Below, one piece after another: positions 38,531 through 48,407 of a stretch of 64,000 nucleotides of DNA. The DNA comes from an uncultured Alphaproteobacteria bacterium (lineage in GTDB: Bacteria; Pseudomonadota; Alphaproteobacteria; RF32; CAG-239): assembly GCA_944391405.1 (NCBI GenBank), contig CALXTN010000004.1, positions 11,293-75,292 on the forward strand, given 5' to 3'. Every line of letters starts with the position of its first letter. Within the stretch, counting starts at the first letter, position 1. A program made the position numbers and the translations under genes. The notes beneath the pieces were generated by a model. That model was given only the letters and a program-made list of their open reading frames with translations. It did no database searches and was not told the DNA's origin.

Positions 38531-39910
38531 TTGTATTTTATGCAGGAATTTAGGAATTTTGTTTTAGGGTTTTGTCTATCTCTAGTTAGTGTTTCATTAA
38601 CTAGTCATTTATTAGCTTCCCCTTCTCGCATAAGCAAAAAAAAATTTGAAGGAACAAACATTTCTATCGATCTTTTTAAAAATAGCACAAATTCTTCTAA
38701 GGTGTTTTTTTCTAATATTAGCAAAACTTCTTTAATCAGAACGCAGCCGTTAGTTGATTCAAAGTCTTCAGTTATCACACCCAATTCAGATGAAGTAAAA
38801 CTAGCAGACTTGTCTTTTTCTCAAGAAGAGGGTAGCTCCTCTGATATTGTTTATTCTCCTGTAAATATTGAAGGTTTAGAAGATGATGAAATATTGAATA
38901 TCAACATTGACAACAATATTCCAATAGATACAGAGACCGATAACAATGCTTCATTTGCAGCTGAAGTTTCTTATAGTAACGATACAGACAATAAGGTAGC
39001 CCTGCTGCCTACAGACACATCCCTTACATCTACGGAAGCTTTCGATAACAACCCTTGGGTTATTGCGCAGGGAAGTAAGCACATAAAAAACAAAAAACTA
39101 CTAGAAAAATACTCGGACGAAGCCCCAAAAATAACACTAAACAATCTTACAGAATCTTCCGATGAAGATAATCTGTCTTATAAAGTTGCCGAAAAAATTA
39201 AACAAAGTATCATCTTTCCAATTCCTGATGAAATTTTAAACGATGAGAATCTAACACCTACATTCATTTCTTCAAAAAAGAAAACTTTAGAAAAAAAAGA
39301 TGATACAACGAAGCAGAAAACAAAAAAAGCTACAACAGCCTCAAACCATGACGATAAGCAACTAAAATTAATCTCCAAAGAGCTTCCTCAAAAAAAAGCG
39401 CAACAAGAGACTTCTAAAGGACTTTTAGATAATATATCTTCTTGGTTTTCATCACCTTCCGAAGAGAAGAAGGAGGTTTCTCGTCCCGTAAAAAACAATC
39501 CTGCCCCACTATATAGCAGTCAAACAGATTCAAAGGCAAAAGACACCTCTAACACAGCAAATGACGCCTTAATAAGTTTTTATGAAACCATTCAAGAGAC
39601 ACAAAAGGAGCAAACAATAAATAAAATTATACCTTCAGAGCTCAAACTTTCTTTTCAACCGGATAGAGCCGAAATCTCTGGACAAACTCTTCGTTGGCTA
39701 AAGGCCTTTTCCGAAAAATCTAAAGAAAAGAACAATTACATTCAAATAAGGCTTGATGCAACAGCACCAATTGAGTTGCAGAGAAAACGTTTAAATCTTC
39801 TTTATACAATTTTTATGAATAATGGTGTTGATTTCAAAAAAGTAGATACAGTATTTTCACTGACTGAACCCAACACTTTCATTATACGGAACATAAAAAT
39901 AAAGGAGTAA
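38531..39910 (+). CDS. Exported protein with low-complexity middle and C-terminal degenerate OmpA-like domain
   Basis: N-terminal hydrophobic segment; C-terminus LSFQPDRAEISGQTLRWL...IQIRLDA...RKRLNLLYTIFMNNGVD resembles the OmpA-C pattern. Confidence 0.5.
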   Translation: MYFMQEFRNFVLGFCLSLVSVSLTSHLLASPSRISKKKFEGTNISIDLFKNSTNSSKVFFSNISKTSLIRTQPLVDSKSSVITPNSDEVKLADLSFSQEEGSSSDIVYSPVNIEGLEDDEILNINIDNNIPIDTETDNNASFAAEVSYSNDTDNKVALLPTDTSLTSTEAFDNNPWVIAQGSKHIKNKKLLEKYSDEAPKITLNNLTESSDEDNLSYKVAEKIKQSIIFPIPDEILNDENLTPTFISSKKKTLEKKDDTTKQKTKKATTASNHDDKQLKLISKELPQKKAQQETSKGLLDNISSWFSSPSEEKKEVSRPVKNNPAPLYSSQTDSKAKDTSNTANDALISFYETIQETQKEQTINKIIPSELKLSFQPDRAEISGQTLRWLKAFSEKSKEKNNYIQIRLDATAPIELQRKRLNLLYTIFMNNGVDFKKVDTVFSLTEPNTFIIRNIKIKE

Positions 39911-39969
39911 ACTTTTTATAAAAAAAAATTAATCAACAAAACGTTTTATAAATAAAGTGTTAGACTTGA

Positions 39970-39985
39970 TTAATTAAATTTTAAC
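39970..39985 (+). promoter_or_regulatory. Full CtrA-type box TTAA-N7-TTAAC overlapping a putative pil operon promoter
   Basis: ttaa-ttaaatt-ttaac overlapping TTGATT(39966)-N17-TATTGT(39989), upstream of ATG 40027. Confidence 0.4.
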
Positions 39986-40026
39986 ATTTATTGTAGTGTT
40001 AGGTTGGATTTAAAATGGGTTAAACT

Positions 40027-41157
40027 ATGAAAAAAAATTTTTTATTACCGCTTTATTTATTGTGCGCTTGTGGTTTCTCCGCTTGCAGTAGTATTAATAG
40101 CAAAAATCAGACGAGTACTTTTGTTTCAGAAGAAGAAGCTCCTATAATTGATGCAACTACAGCTCCTAATAATCGTTGTGGAGTTAATGGCATTAGTTGT
40201 AACGACACAGCTTTAGTTAATTATACAAAAACTGAAGCAGACTACCGTACTTATGGAGAAAGAACCAAAAAGGATCATCTTTATACACAATCCTCAGCCG
40301 GAAACAATTTAACTGCAACAATTCAGCCCGATATCGAGAATGATATTGTTATGCCAACTTTAACCATTAGTGATACTGTTAGAAAAAATCAAAAACCCAA
40401 GTATGTTGTTGAAGATGGCGTTTTTAGTGAAACAGGAAAACTTGAATTAGAGACTTCTAGAAAATCATATGAAGCACCAAATTATACTTTAGATGAACAA
40501 CATTCAACGAGTAAGTCAGCTAAGTCTTCTAACAAAACACCCCCTCAAATACAAGAAACTGTTTCGAATAAAGTTGAGATACCACAAAATTCCGGTTCTA
40601 CAGTTCAGCAAAGCAAAGTAGGTCATGCTGATAATATTAATCTGCCAGAAATTAAAGAAATAAAGCAAATAAAGAAGAGTGTTGCTGAAGATGGTTCATC
40701 TTATGAAATTATTTGTGAAGAGGACTGCGAAGACATTATTGATGATGATGTTATAACTTCTGAGTTTACAGAAGATTCTTTTGATATAGCGGACTATATT
40801 GATGATGAAAATATAGAATTTACAGAGATAGGATCACCTAATAAAATTATTACCGACATAGACATTAAAGAAATACAAGTGGGCGATGATACAGTACTCA
40901 CATGGGAAGCCGAAGAAGGAGAAAATTTGCGTGAATTATTAACAAAATGGAGCGCAATGTCAGGCTGGAAGCTTTTGTGGAATACTAATAGAAATTATAT
41001 TTTAAGCGCCGGGGTAATGTTTAAGGGAAAATTTGCTGATGTTAGCTCTGCATTAATTCGAGCTTTTGCGAGAGCAAGACCTGCCCCTATTGCTACTTAT
41101 TATAAAGGGAATCGTGTTATAGTTGTTGAAACAATGGAGAATGAGAATGCATATTAA
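40027..41157 (+). CDS. Lipoprotein with C-terminal TcpQ/PilL-like domain
   Basis: Lipobox FSAC; C-terminal WEAEEGENLRELLTKWSAMSGWKLLWNTNRNY...F.G.F...YKGNRVIVV matches the TcpQ-type pattern; precedes the secretin. Confidence 0.75.
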   Translation: MKKNFLLPLYLLCACGFSACSSINSKNQTSTFVSEEEAPIIDATTAPNNRCGVNGISCNDTALVNYTKTEADYRTYGERTKKDHLYTQSSAGNNLTATIQPDIENDIVMPTLTISDTVRKNQKPKYVVEDGVFSETGKLELETSRKSYEAPNYTLDEQHSTSKSAKSSNKTPPQIQETVSNKVEIPQNSGSTVQQSKVGHADNINLPEIKEIKQIKKSVAEDGSSYEIICEEDCEDIIDDDVITSEFTEDSFDIADYIDDENIEFTEIGSPNKIITDIDIKEIQVGDDTVLTWEAEEGENLRELLTKWSAMSGWKLLWNTNRNYILSAGVMFKGKFADVSSALIRAFARARPAPIATYYKGNRVIVVETMENENAY

Positions 41158-42751
41158 TAAAAAATGTTCACTTGGACTGGCTACTTTTTTGCTTTTTGGT
41201 GTCGCTTCTTGTTCTTTGCCTACAGACTATGATGCTGCAATAGAGAGAGATGTTGATGCAACTATAAAATATAAAGAAGATGCAAAAGCACCTCAGGCAG
41301 TTGCAGATACCGATGTTATTAGAATTAAAGATGATATTTGGCTTGGAGATACGAGCGAAATAGAATACGAAGGTGACAAGCCCTTACCTCATTATTTGGA
41401 AACTCCTGATGGTGTTACATTGGTAAGTAATAGACCAATCACTCTTTACGAAATTGGAAATATGGTTAGCCAGATAACCTCCATAAAAGTTCGTTTTGCC
41501 TCTCAGCTGGAAAGTGCAGCTAAGGCTGCGGCTGATAAGAATGCTCCAACTATTTCTAAAGTTGGGTCGAAATGGTCAGATACGTCTCGTATGCTTGTTT
41601 CTTATAAAGGTTCATTGAGTGGACTATTGGATGAAGTATGTTCTCATTTTGGAGTATGGTGGAAATATGAAAATGGAGAAATATACATATATAAATATAC
41701 AACAAAAACATTTACACTATATACGTTGCCTACAAAGCCATCTATGACATCTAGTGTTAGTAGTTCTTCTGGCGGAGGTAGTATTACTAGCGGTGTATCG
41801 AGCATAGATTTATGGGGAAATATTGTTACAGCTGTCAAATCTATGCTTGGAAAAGGTTCTAGTTTAGTTACAGATCCTATGAATGGGACTTTGACAATTA
41901 CAGCAACACCGACTGAAATTAAGAAAGTTGCAAAATTTGTTAATGAGCAGAATATAAGATTGTCTCGTCAAGTTGCGATTAGTGTTAAAGTTCTTCAAGT
42001 TGAAGTTGATGAAAATCGAGGTTTTGGCTTTGATTTAGATGCTGCGTTTAAAGATAGAACAGCATCTGGAGGGAATATTACATTAGGAGACAATAACTTT
42101 GGTCCTACAGGATTAGTGGATGGCAATAGTGGTATGTCAATGAAAATTTTGAGTGGTGACGTTACTGTTAATGCAGCAATTCAAGCGTTATCTACTCAAG
42201 GTGTTACAACACTTGTTACGAGTGGTACGGTTACAACAATGAACAACAAACCAGCTCCAATTCAAGTGGTGAAAACCCAAAATTATATTTCTGAATATAC
42301 TAAAACAAATAATGGTACTGTTGGTGGTGAAGCTAGTTATGATGTTACTGTTGAAACTGAAGAAATTGAAACTGGTTTTACTTTAGACGTATTACCTAGG
42401 ATTATGGATCACGGACGTCTGATGATGTTGTTTAGCTTAAATCTGTCAGATTTATTAAGCTTGGAAAATGTTAATTTGGATAGTTCAGAAGAATCTGGAT
42501 ACATTCAAAATCCTATTATAGAAGAAAGAGGTTTTTCTCAAGAAGTAGCATTAAAATCTGGTGAAACGTTGGTTCTTTCTGGTTATGAGCGTGTTGAAAC
42601 TTCAAGCGACAAAGCTGGATTAGGAGCTGTGAATAATAACATTCTTGGAGGACATCAAAAAGTAGAAAAAACTCGTAGTATTGTTGTTATTTTGTTAACT
42701 CCTGTTGTATTAGAATCACCTTTAATGCCGGAATCTCGTATGAAATTTTAG
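41147..42751 (+). CDS. pilN: Type IVB pilus secretin lipoprotein (PilN/BfpB/TcpC family)
   Basis: Lipobox VASC; YKGSLSGLLDEVCSHFGVWWKY N-domain; RQVAISVKVLQV, TTMNNKPAP, ETGFTLDVLPRI, VALKSGETLVLSG, VILLTP secretin motifs. Confidence 0.9.
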   Translation: MHINKKCSLGLATFLLFGVASCSLPTDYDAAIERDVDATIKYKEDAKAPQAVADTDVIRIKDDIWLGDTSEIEYEGDKPLPHYLETPDGVTLVSNRPITLYEIGNMVSQITSIKVRFASQLESAAKAAADKNAPTISKVGSKWSDTSRMLVSYKGSLSGLLDEVCSHFGVWWKYENGEIYIYKYTTKTFTLYTLPTKPSMTSSVSSSSGGGSITSGVSSIDLWGNIVTAVKSMLGKGSSLVTDPMNGTLTITATPTEIKKVAKFVNEQNIRLSRQVAISVKVLQVEVDENRGFGFDLDAAFKDRTASGGNITLGDNNFGPTGLVDGNSGMSMKILSGDVTVNAAIQALSTQGVTTLVTSGTVTTMNNKPAPIQVVKTQNYISEYTKTNNGTVGGEASYDVTVETEEIETGFTLDVLPRIMDHGRLMMLFSLNLSDLLSLENVNLDSSEESGYIQNPIIEERGFSQEVALKSGETLVLSGYERVETSSDKAGLGAVNNNILGGHQKVEKTRSIVVILLTPVVLESPLMPESRMKF

Positions 42752-42760
42752 GAGTGGATA

Positions 42761-44038
42761 GTGTCTGAAGAAGATGGGAAAGATTTAGAGGTTTTTGACG
42801 ACTCTTATCGTGAAAGCAGTAAAGAATGGGCATCTAGTTTTACTGTCGATGGGGTACAGTATGCTGCAAGTATTTTTTGGGAAAGCTTACAGAATGTTGA
42901 TGCACCATTTTTGGATGCAAAAGAAGCCGCTGAAAACGTTTTAGTTGGAGCAGATTTATTTTGTGTGAAACATGGTAAATCGCCTCAGCTTGGACTGGCT
43001 GTGTCTTCTCAGGGATTTAAAAAAGGCATGAATGTTGCAGCTGTAACGGCTGTAACTGCTATGAGTGATGCTTCGTCTCTTTTGGCTGTTTTTAAAGTAG
43101 ATGCTGGATACTGGTATTTATGTGTAAGAAACGATGTTATCTTGTCTGATGGAGACGTCCTTTTTGTAAAAGAGGAAGATGCTAAAGAACAGTTTATGTC
43201 TATGCTTTCTGTTCCTGATTGGTCGAAAAAAATTGCACCTCAAGAATGGGGAATAGATGATACTGAACAAAAAGATATTTCTGAGATTTTCGCACAAGGA
43301 TTAGATGTTCAATTAGAAAAAATTAATGCGCTTCGCGGTGCTGAACTTGCGATTGTTGTTGTTTTATCGATTGCTGCTGGCGCATGGTTGGTTATGTTTA
43401 TTGCCAATACTTTTTTTGCAACAAAAACTCAAGAAAACAAAGTTGTTACAAGAAGAGCTAAGAAAAAAGCAGTTAAAGAAGTTGAAAAAATAGTTCCTGC
43501 CCCATGGGAATCTATGGTCGAAACTAATTGGTTATTAGATAATTGTAGGACAAAAATGCTTTCTTTGGTTGCCATTACAACCCCTGGATGGAAAAATGGA
43601 GGTGTTACTTGTTCAGCATCTGGTGTTGTAACATCCTGGAGAAGAGAATTTGGACGACTTTCATGGATAGAAATGGCTCTATCATATTCGGGGATGTCTT
43701 TTACAAATAAATCTATTGATGCCAGGGGAACGTCTGTTACTGTATCTATCCCATTTCAGTCCGTTAAAAAAGTTAATTCTATTCCAAATAAGACAATGTC
43801 TGAATTACGGAATATGATTAATGATTTATTTCAGACGCTTAACATGTCAATTTCTTTATCCAATGGTAAAGTTAAAGCTGGTAGTAAGGTGTATGAGGCT
43901 CTAAATTTTAAAATTAATTCAAGATACGACCCTGAAGTTTGGAAACCAATGTTAACAAAATTTTCAGGACTTAAGATTAATAATATACGTTATAATAATG
44001 GCGTATGGAATTATGAGGGGACAATTTATGTTCAATAA
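42761..44038 (+). CDS. pilO: Type IVB pilus accessory protein (PilO2/BfpC-like)
   Basis: YAASIFW...GYWYLCVRNDVILSDGD cytoplasmic domain, one TM, periplasmic PW...PGW..C; R64 pil gene order. Confidence 0.78.
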   Translation: MSEEDGKDLEVFDDSYRESSKEWASSFTVDGVQYAASIFWESLQNVDAPFLDAKEAAENVLVGADLFCVKHGKSPQLGLAVSSQGFKKGMNVAAVTAVTAMSDASSLLAVFKVDAGYWYLCVRNDVILSDGDVLFVKEEDAKEQFMSMLSVPDWSKKIAPQEWGIDDTEQKDISEIFAQGLDVQLEKINALRGAELAIVVVLSIAAGAWLVMFIANTFFATKTQENKVVTRRAKKKAVKEVEKIVPAPWESMVETNWLLDNCRTKMLSLVAITTPGWKNGGVTCSASGVVTSWRREFGRLSWIEMALSYSGMSFTNKSIDARGTSVTVSIPFQSVKKVNSIPNKTMSELRNMINDLFQTLNMSISLSNGKVKAGSKVYEALNFKINSRYDPEVWKPMLTKFSGLKINNIRYNNGVWNYEGTIYVQ

Positions 44039-45572
44039 AAATAAATTTTATGGATTAATTATATCTGCATTTGTTATTAACGTTGCTAATGCACAGGCTG
44101 TAAGTGTTGCAGATGCTTCCGCAAATGTCGCTAATTTGTCTTTGAATGTTTCTTCGCAATCATCGGGAAACACTGTTCCGAGTGGAGCAAAGGAACTAGT
44201 ATCCCCTTCACAAGCAAAAATAGTGCCAAACGCAAATTCTGTTTCAGTTCATTCTGAAAAAACTGAAACTATACAAAATCCTTCCGCAAATGCACAACAA
44301 GGAACGCCAAATACCTTAAGTGCAAATGTTGTGAATAAAGATAATTCTATACAGAAATCATCGGCTGAAATACGAAATGTATCTCAACAACCACAAATTA
44401 GCACTCAAAACACTAATACACCCCAGTCTTTACCTAAAGAGGATTTTGATTTTGATTTAAAAATGAAGTCTTTAGAGGGATCTTCTCAATCTCAGGGACA
44501 AACGTCTAAAGAACAAGATAATAGCGTAACTTCTGCTATTAATGATGCTGATTTGCCTAAAGATATTCAGTATAAAGCTAATCCAGTTGAGTCATTAGGA
44601 AATAGTATTTTATCACAAATGGATAGCGATTTGTTCTCTCAGATGTCTGAAATAGAGAAAAGTACTACTTTGTTAACTTTAGAGTTGCGTAGAGAAAAAA
44701 TTCGTAATGAAATTGAAGCTCAGAAAGCTATCCGTCAAAAAAACATTGATGATCAAGCTAGGTTAAAAGAAGAGCAAAAATTAAAAGATTTAGAACGAAA
44801 GAAAAAAATAGAAGCTCAGGTTTTACAGGAAAAACAAGCTCTCTTGGATAAAGAGCGGTTATTTGAAGTTCTTAAACAAAGAAAGCTTCTTAACGCTTAT
44901 ATGAATCAAATGCTTGTCAATCAGCAAGAATGGTTGAAAGAAAAGGAAAGCTTATATGCACAGATTTCTGCTCTAGAAGGTGAAAAGAAAGAACTTATTG
45001 AATTGTTTAAAGAACGCATTAATAAAGTTTTAGAAGCTTCAGCTAAAAATATACAAGTTGCAGAAGCAGCTCGTGCAAATTTTGAAAGAATTGTAAAAAA
45101 CCTTAAGGCTAGAAATGAGCAACTTCGTAAAAGAGTTGAAGCTGATGCTCAGATTATAAAAAATGTAAAAAATAATTTGTATCTTAAATCTCAATCTATT
45201 CAAGAGCTAAAAGATAAAAACGCATCTGCTGCAGCTGCTTTAGCAGCAAATGCAGCTACTGTTGCTCCAATCGATGATACTACTGAGGTAATTGAAGAAG
45301 ATGTACCTCCTGTAAAATTAAGTGCTCAATATGCTATTTTAGGGATTACCGGAAGGGCTGGTAATATGTCTGTTGATGTTATTGATATTAATGGTCAGCC
45401 GTTGTCTCTGACTGTTGGGTCTCCTTTGCCGACAGGGCATATCCTCAGTGAAATTGGATCTGATTACGCGAAATTTAGTAGAGATGGAAGCGATGACTAT
45501 CTTTATGTTGGTAGATCAATTGATGGTTATGTTCCAACTCTTGGATTAACTGACGAGAAAAAAAAGAAATAA
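44028..45572 (+). CDS. PilP-like protein, elongated by low-complexity and coiled-coil segments
   Basis: Signal peptide, long heptad region, C-terminal AILGITGRAGNMSV...LTVGSPLPTGHILSEI beta domain as in plasmid-type PilP; position between pilO and pilQ. Confidence 0.6.
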   Translation: MFNKNKFYGLIISAFVINVANAQAVSVADASANVANLSLNVSSQSSGNTVPSGAKELVSPSQAKIVPNANSVSVHSEKTETIQNPSANAQQGTPNTLSANVVNKDNSIQKSSAEIRNVSQQPQISTQNTNTPQSLPKEDFDFDLKMKSLEGSSQSQGQTSKEQDNSVTSAINDADLPKDIQYKANPVESLGNSILSQMDSDLFSQMSEIEKSTTLLTLELRREKIRNEIEAQKAIRQKNIDDQARLKEEQKLKDLERKKKIEAQVLQEKQALLDKERLFEVLKQRKLLNAYMNQMLVNQQEWLKEKESLYAQISALEGEKKELIELFKERINKVLEASAKNIQVAEAARANFERIVKNLKARNEQLRKRVEADAQIIKNVKNNLYLKSQSIQELKDKNASAAAALAANAATVAPIDDTTEVIEEDVPPVKLSAQYAILGITGRAGNMSVDVIDINGQPLSLTVGSPLPTGHILSEIGSDYAKFSRDGSDDYLYVGRSIDGYVPTLGLTDEKKKK

Positions 45573-45607
45573 TTGTTTAATTTAATTGCTGTTTACAGGT
45601 GTAGTAC

Positions 45608-47272
45608 ATGCCGGAAGAGTTAAAGAAAGAAAATGCTGTTAACGAAAAAATGACTTCAGAATCTAATTTTGAAGAAGAAGATTCCAGTGCTGAACAGACA
45701 AAAAAAGTAAATTTGTTTGACCAGCTTTTTGCCAATAATAATAGATTGTTGACAGTTAATGGCTCTGATTTTGCTATATCTAATGAAACAAGACGATTAT
45801 TAGCTTTGTTTTCTGATGGGACGTATCTTGTTTCTAAAGATAATAGATTTGATGGTGCTGTCTATAATTTTGAAGCAAATGTAAAAAGAAGAAAAATTCC
45901 AATTAAAGCCCCCAGATATGTAACACTTAATGAAATATCGGCTATTTATGCTTATGCTGAACGTGGAGCAGGTACTGTTGATGTGTCTGCTGAAGAAGCA
46001 GAAGATATGCAGATGCAAATAGACTTTATTAATATTATTCAAAGAGCATCTCAAAAAAAAGTATCCGATATTCATGTTATTGTTGGCTCGTCTTCTACTA
46101 TTCTCTTTCGCGAAAATGGTATTATGGTTAAGCAAAATGAGTATGGTGGTGAATGGGGAGAAGCTTTTGTACGCTCTGTTTTCGCATCAGCTGATATTTC
46201 TGACTCTAACTATTCTCAGAATGAGTTTCAAGGTGCTCAAAAGCTTGGTTCAACACCTTTGCGTGGTTCCAATGGTAAATTGATGTTGCCACACAATGTT
46301 TTGGCTATTCGTCTTCAATTTAATCCTATTGCATTTGGTTCTCAATATTTGGTTATGCGTCTTTTGTATGCTGACGATAATCCAGAAGGAAGTTCTGATT
46401 TGCGCTCTTTGGGGCTTGGGAAATATGAGGAAGATCTTTTTTATAAAATGAGAAGTATGGCCGTTGGATTAAATGTTGTTGCTGGACCAACGGGATCGGG
46501 TAAGTCAACTACTCTGCAACGCAATATGATTAAATTGCTTCAAGAAAAAAATTATCAAATCAACTTACTTACTGTGGAAGATCCTCCAGAGTATCCTATT
46601 CCGGGTGCTCGACAAATGCCTGTTACGAATGCAAATACTGAAGAAGAAAAAAATGAGCAGTTTACTAAAGCGTTGTCTGCTGCACTTCGTTCCGACCCTG
46701 ATGTTATTCTTGTAGGTGAAACTCGTTCTTTGTCTACCGCTGAATTGACTTTTAAAGGGGCATTGTCTGGTCACGGTGTATGGACAACATTGCACGCTAA
46801 CTCTGCTCCGGCAATTGTTACTCGTTTGCGTGATATGGGAATTCAACCTTATTTGCTGAACGATCCGGAATTAGTAAAAGGGCTTGTTTCTCAACGTCTA
46901 TTTAGAAAATTATGCCCTAATTGTCGACAATCCATTAAAACAAAAGAAGGTTCTCCTGAGTTTGAGCGCTTGCGTAATGCTTTGGGTGATTATGGAATTG
47001 AAAATGTTTACGTCAGCGGGCCTGGGTGTAAAGCATGTGGATATAAAGGCTTTAAAGGGCGCATGGCTGTTGATGAAATTATATTGCCTGATTCTCGTTT
47101 TTTAAGACTTATGATAGATAACGAAACCGCTAAAGCTATTGACTACTGGGTTAGCGAATTAAATGGACGCCCATTAAAGGACGCTGCAATTGAACGTATG
47201 ATTAAAGGGCAAATAGATATGGATGAAGTTGAACGTTGGTGTGGGTTAATTGATCAGCGTCCTGTATATTAG
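45608..47272 (+). CDS. pilQ: Type IVB pilus assembly ATPase (PilQ/BfpD, GspE family)
   Basis: SDIHV, Walker A GPTGSGKSTT, TVEDPPEY, LRSDPDVILVGETR, GHGVWTTLHANS, Zn motif CPNC...CKAC. Confidence 0.93.
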   Translation: MPEELKKENAVNEKMTSESNFEEEDSSAEQTKKVNLFDQLFANNNRLLTVNGSDFAISNETRRLLALFSDGTYLVSKDNRFDGAVYNFEANVKRRKIPIKAPRYVTLNEISAIYAYAERGAGTVDVSAEEAEDMQMQIDFINIIQRASQKKVSDIHVIVGSSSTILFRENGIMVKQNEYGGEWGEAFVRSVFASADISDSNYSQNEFQGAQKLGSTPLRGSNGKLMLPHNVLAIRLQFNPIAFGSQYLVMRLLYADDNPEGSSDLRSLGLGKYEEDLFYKMRSMAVGLNVVAGPTGSGKSTTLQRNMIKLLQEKNYQINLLTVEDPPEYPIPGARQMPVTNANTEEEKNEQFTKALSAALRSDPDVILVGETRSLSTAELTFKGALSGHGVWTTLHANSAPAIVTRLRDMGIQPYLLNDPELVKGLVSQRLFRKLCPNCRQSIKTKEGSPEFERLRNALGDYGIENVYVSGPGCKACGYKGFKGRMAVDEIILPDSRFLRLMIDNETAKAIDYWVSELNGRPLKDAAIERMIKGQIDMDEVERWCGLIDQRPVY

Positions 47273-47281
47273 GAGATTAAT

Positions 47282-48403
47282 ATGGCTAAAAAAGAAGAAG
47301 CAAATGTCGGTGCTTTCAATAAAGCGATGAAGTCTTTGGGCTCATTGGAGGTTTCTTTTGCTCAGTTTCGAATTGGAATGTCCGGTAAAGCTCGTCTTAA
47401 AGTCTATAAGAAATTAGCATCTCTACTCAGAAATAGATTTTCTTTAATGAATGCTCTTGATATTATGTACGATAGTATTACTGATAACGGTAAACACCCT
47501 GGAGAACCTATGGCAATTGCTATTGCTTCTTGGGGTAAAGCTTTGCAAAATGGTTATGCTTTCTCTGATGCTTTGAGAGGTTGGGCGCCAAGCCGCGAGA
47601 GATTAATGCTTTCTGTTGGTGATATGTCTGACTTGGAAAGTGCTTTAATTAACTTAATCCGTGTTGCTGAGGGCACTGATAAAATGTTAAAACCAATTAT
47701 TGGTGCTATTGCTTATCCATCGTTTTTGTTGCTTATGTCTGTTTTAGTTATTTATGCTATTGGCGCGTATATGGTACCGCCCATGATGGATGCTGCCCCT
47801 AATGCGCGATGGTCAGGAACTGCTAAAGATTTGGTTGCGGTTTCGTTGTGGATACAAAAAAATTGGTTAATTGCTTTTGCCTTTTTTCCGGCAATATTTA
47901 TTCTTATTTACGCTACGATTGGTATTTGGACTGGCCCTACAAGAAAAGCTATTGATGATTGTCCACCTTGGTCTTTGTATAAAATGTTTATGGGTATTAC
48001 TTGGTTGCTCTCTCTATCAGCTTTGATTAAAGGTGGTGTACCGATATCTGTTGCATTGACTTCATTGCGAAAAGATTCTAATCGCTATCTTCAGGAGCGT
48101 ATTGATAAAGCGATGGATTTTATTAAAAATGGTGATAACTTAGGGCAAGCGCTTTCTAAAACAAAATTAAATTTTCCTGATAAAGATATTGTTGCTGACT
48201 TGCGTATTTATGCAGAATTGGATAACTTTGAAGAGGCTCTAGATCGTTTAGCTAATGATTGGCTTGACGAATCTGCTGAAGCAGTTGAGCAAAAAGCCTC
48301 TATTTTAAACATGGTGGCGATGTTTGCTATTTCTGGTATTATTGCTTGGGCAGTATTTGGTGTGTTTGAAATGCAAGATCAGATTACAAGCGCTATGGGA
48401 TAA
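47282..48403 (+). CDS. pilR: Type IVB pilus inner-membrane platform protein (PilR/BfpE, GspF family)
   Basis: Two GspF-like repeats (NGYAFSDAL; NGDNLGQAL), three TM segments; follows the ATPase. Confidence 0.9.
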   Translation: MAKKEEANVGAFNKAMKSLGSLEVSFAQFRIGMSGKARLKVYKKLASLLRNRFSLMNALDIMYDSITDNGKHPGEPMAIAIASWGKALQNGYAFSDALRGWAPSRERLMLSVGDMSDLESALINLIRVAEGTDKMLKPIIGAIAYPSFLLLMSVLVIYAIGAYMVPPMMDAAPNARWSGTAKDLVAVSLWIQKNWLIAFAFFPAIFILIYATIGIWTGPTRKAIDDCPPWSLYKMFMGITWLLSLSALIKGGVPISVALTSLRKDSNRYLQERIDKAMDFIKNGDNLGQALSKTKLNFPDKDIVADLRIYAELDNFEEALDRLANDWLDESAEAVEQKASILNMVAMFAISGIIAWAVFGVFEMQDQITSAMG

Positions 48404-48407
48404 TTGA

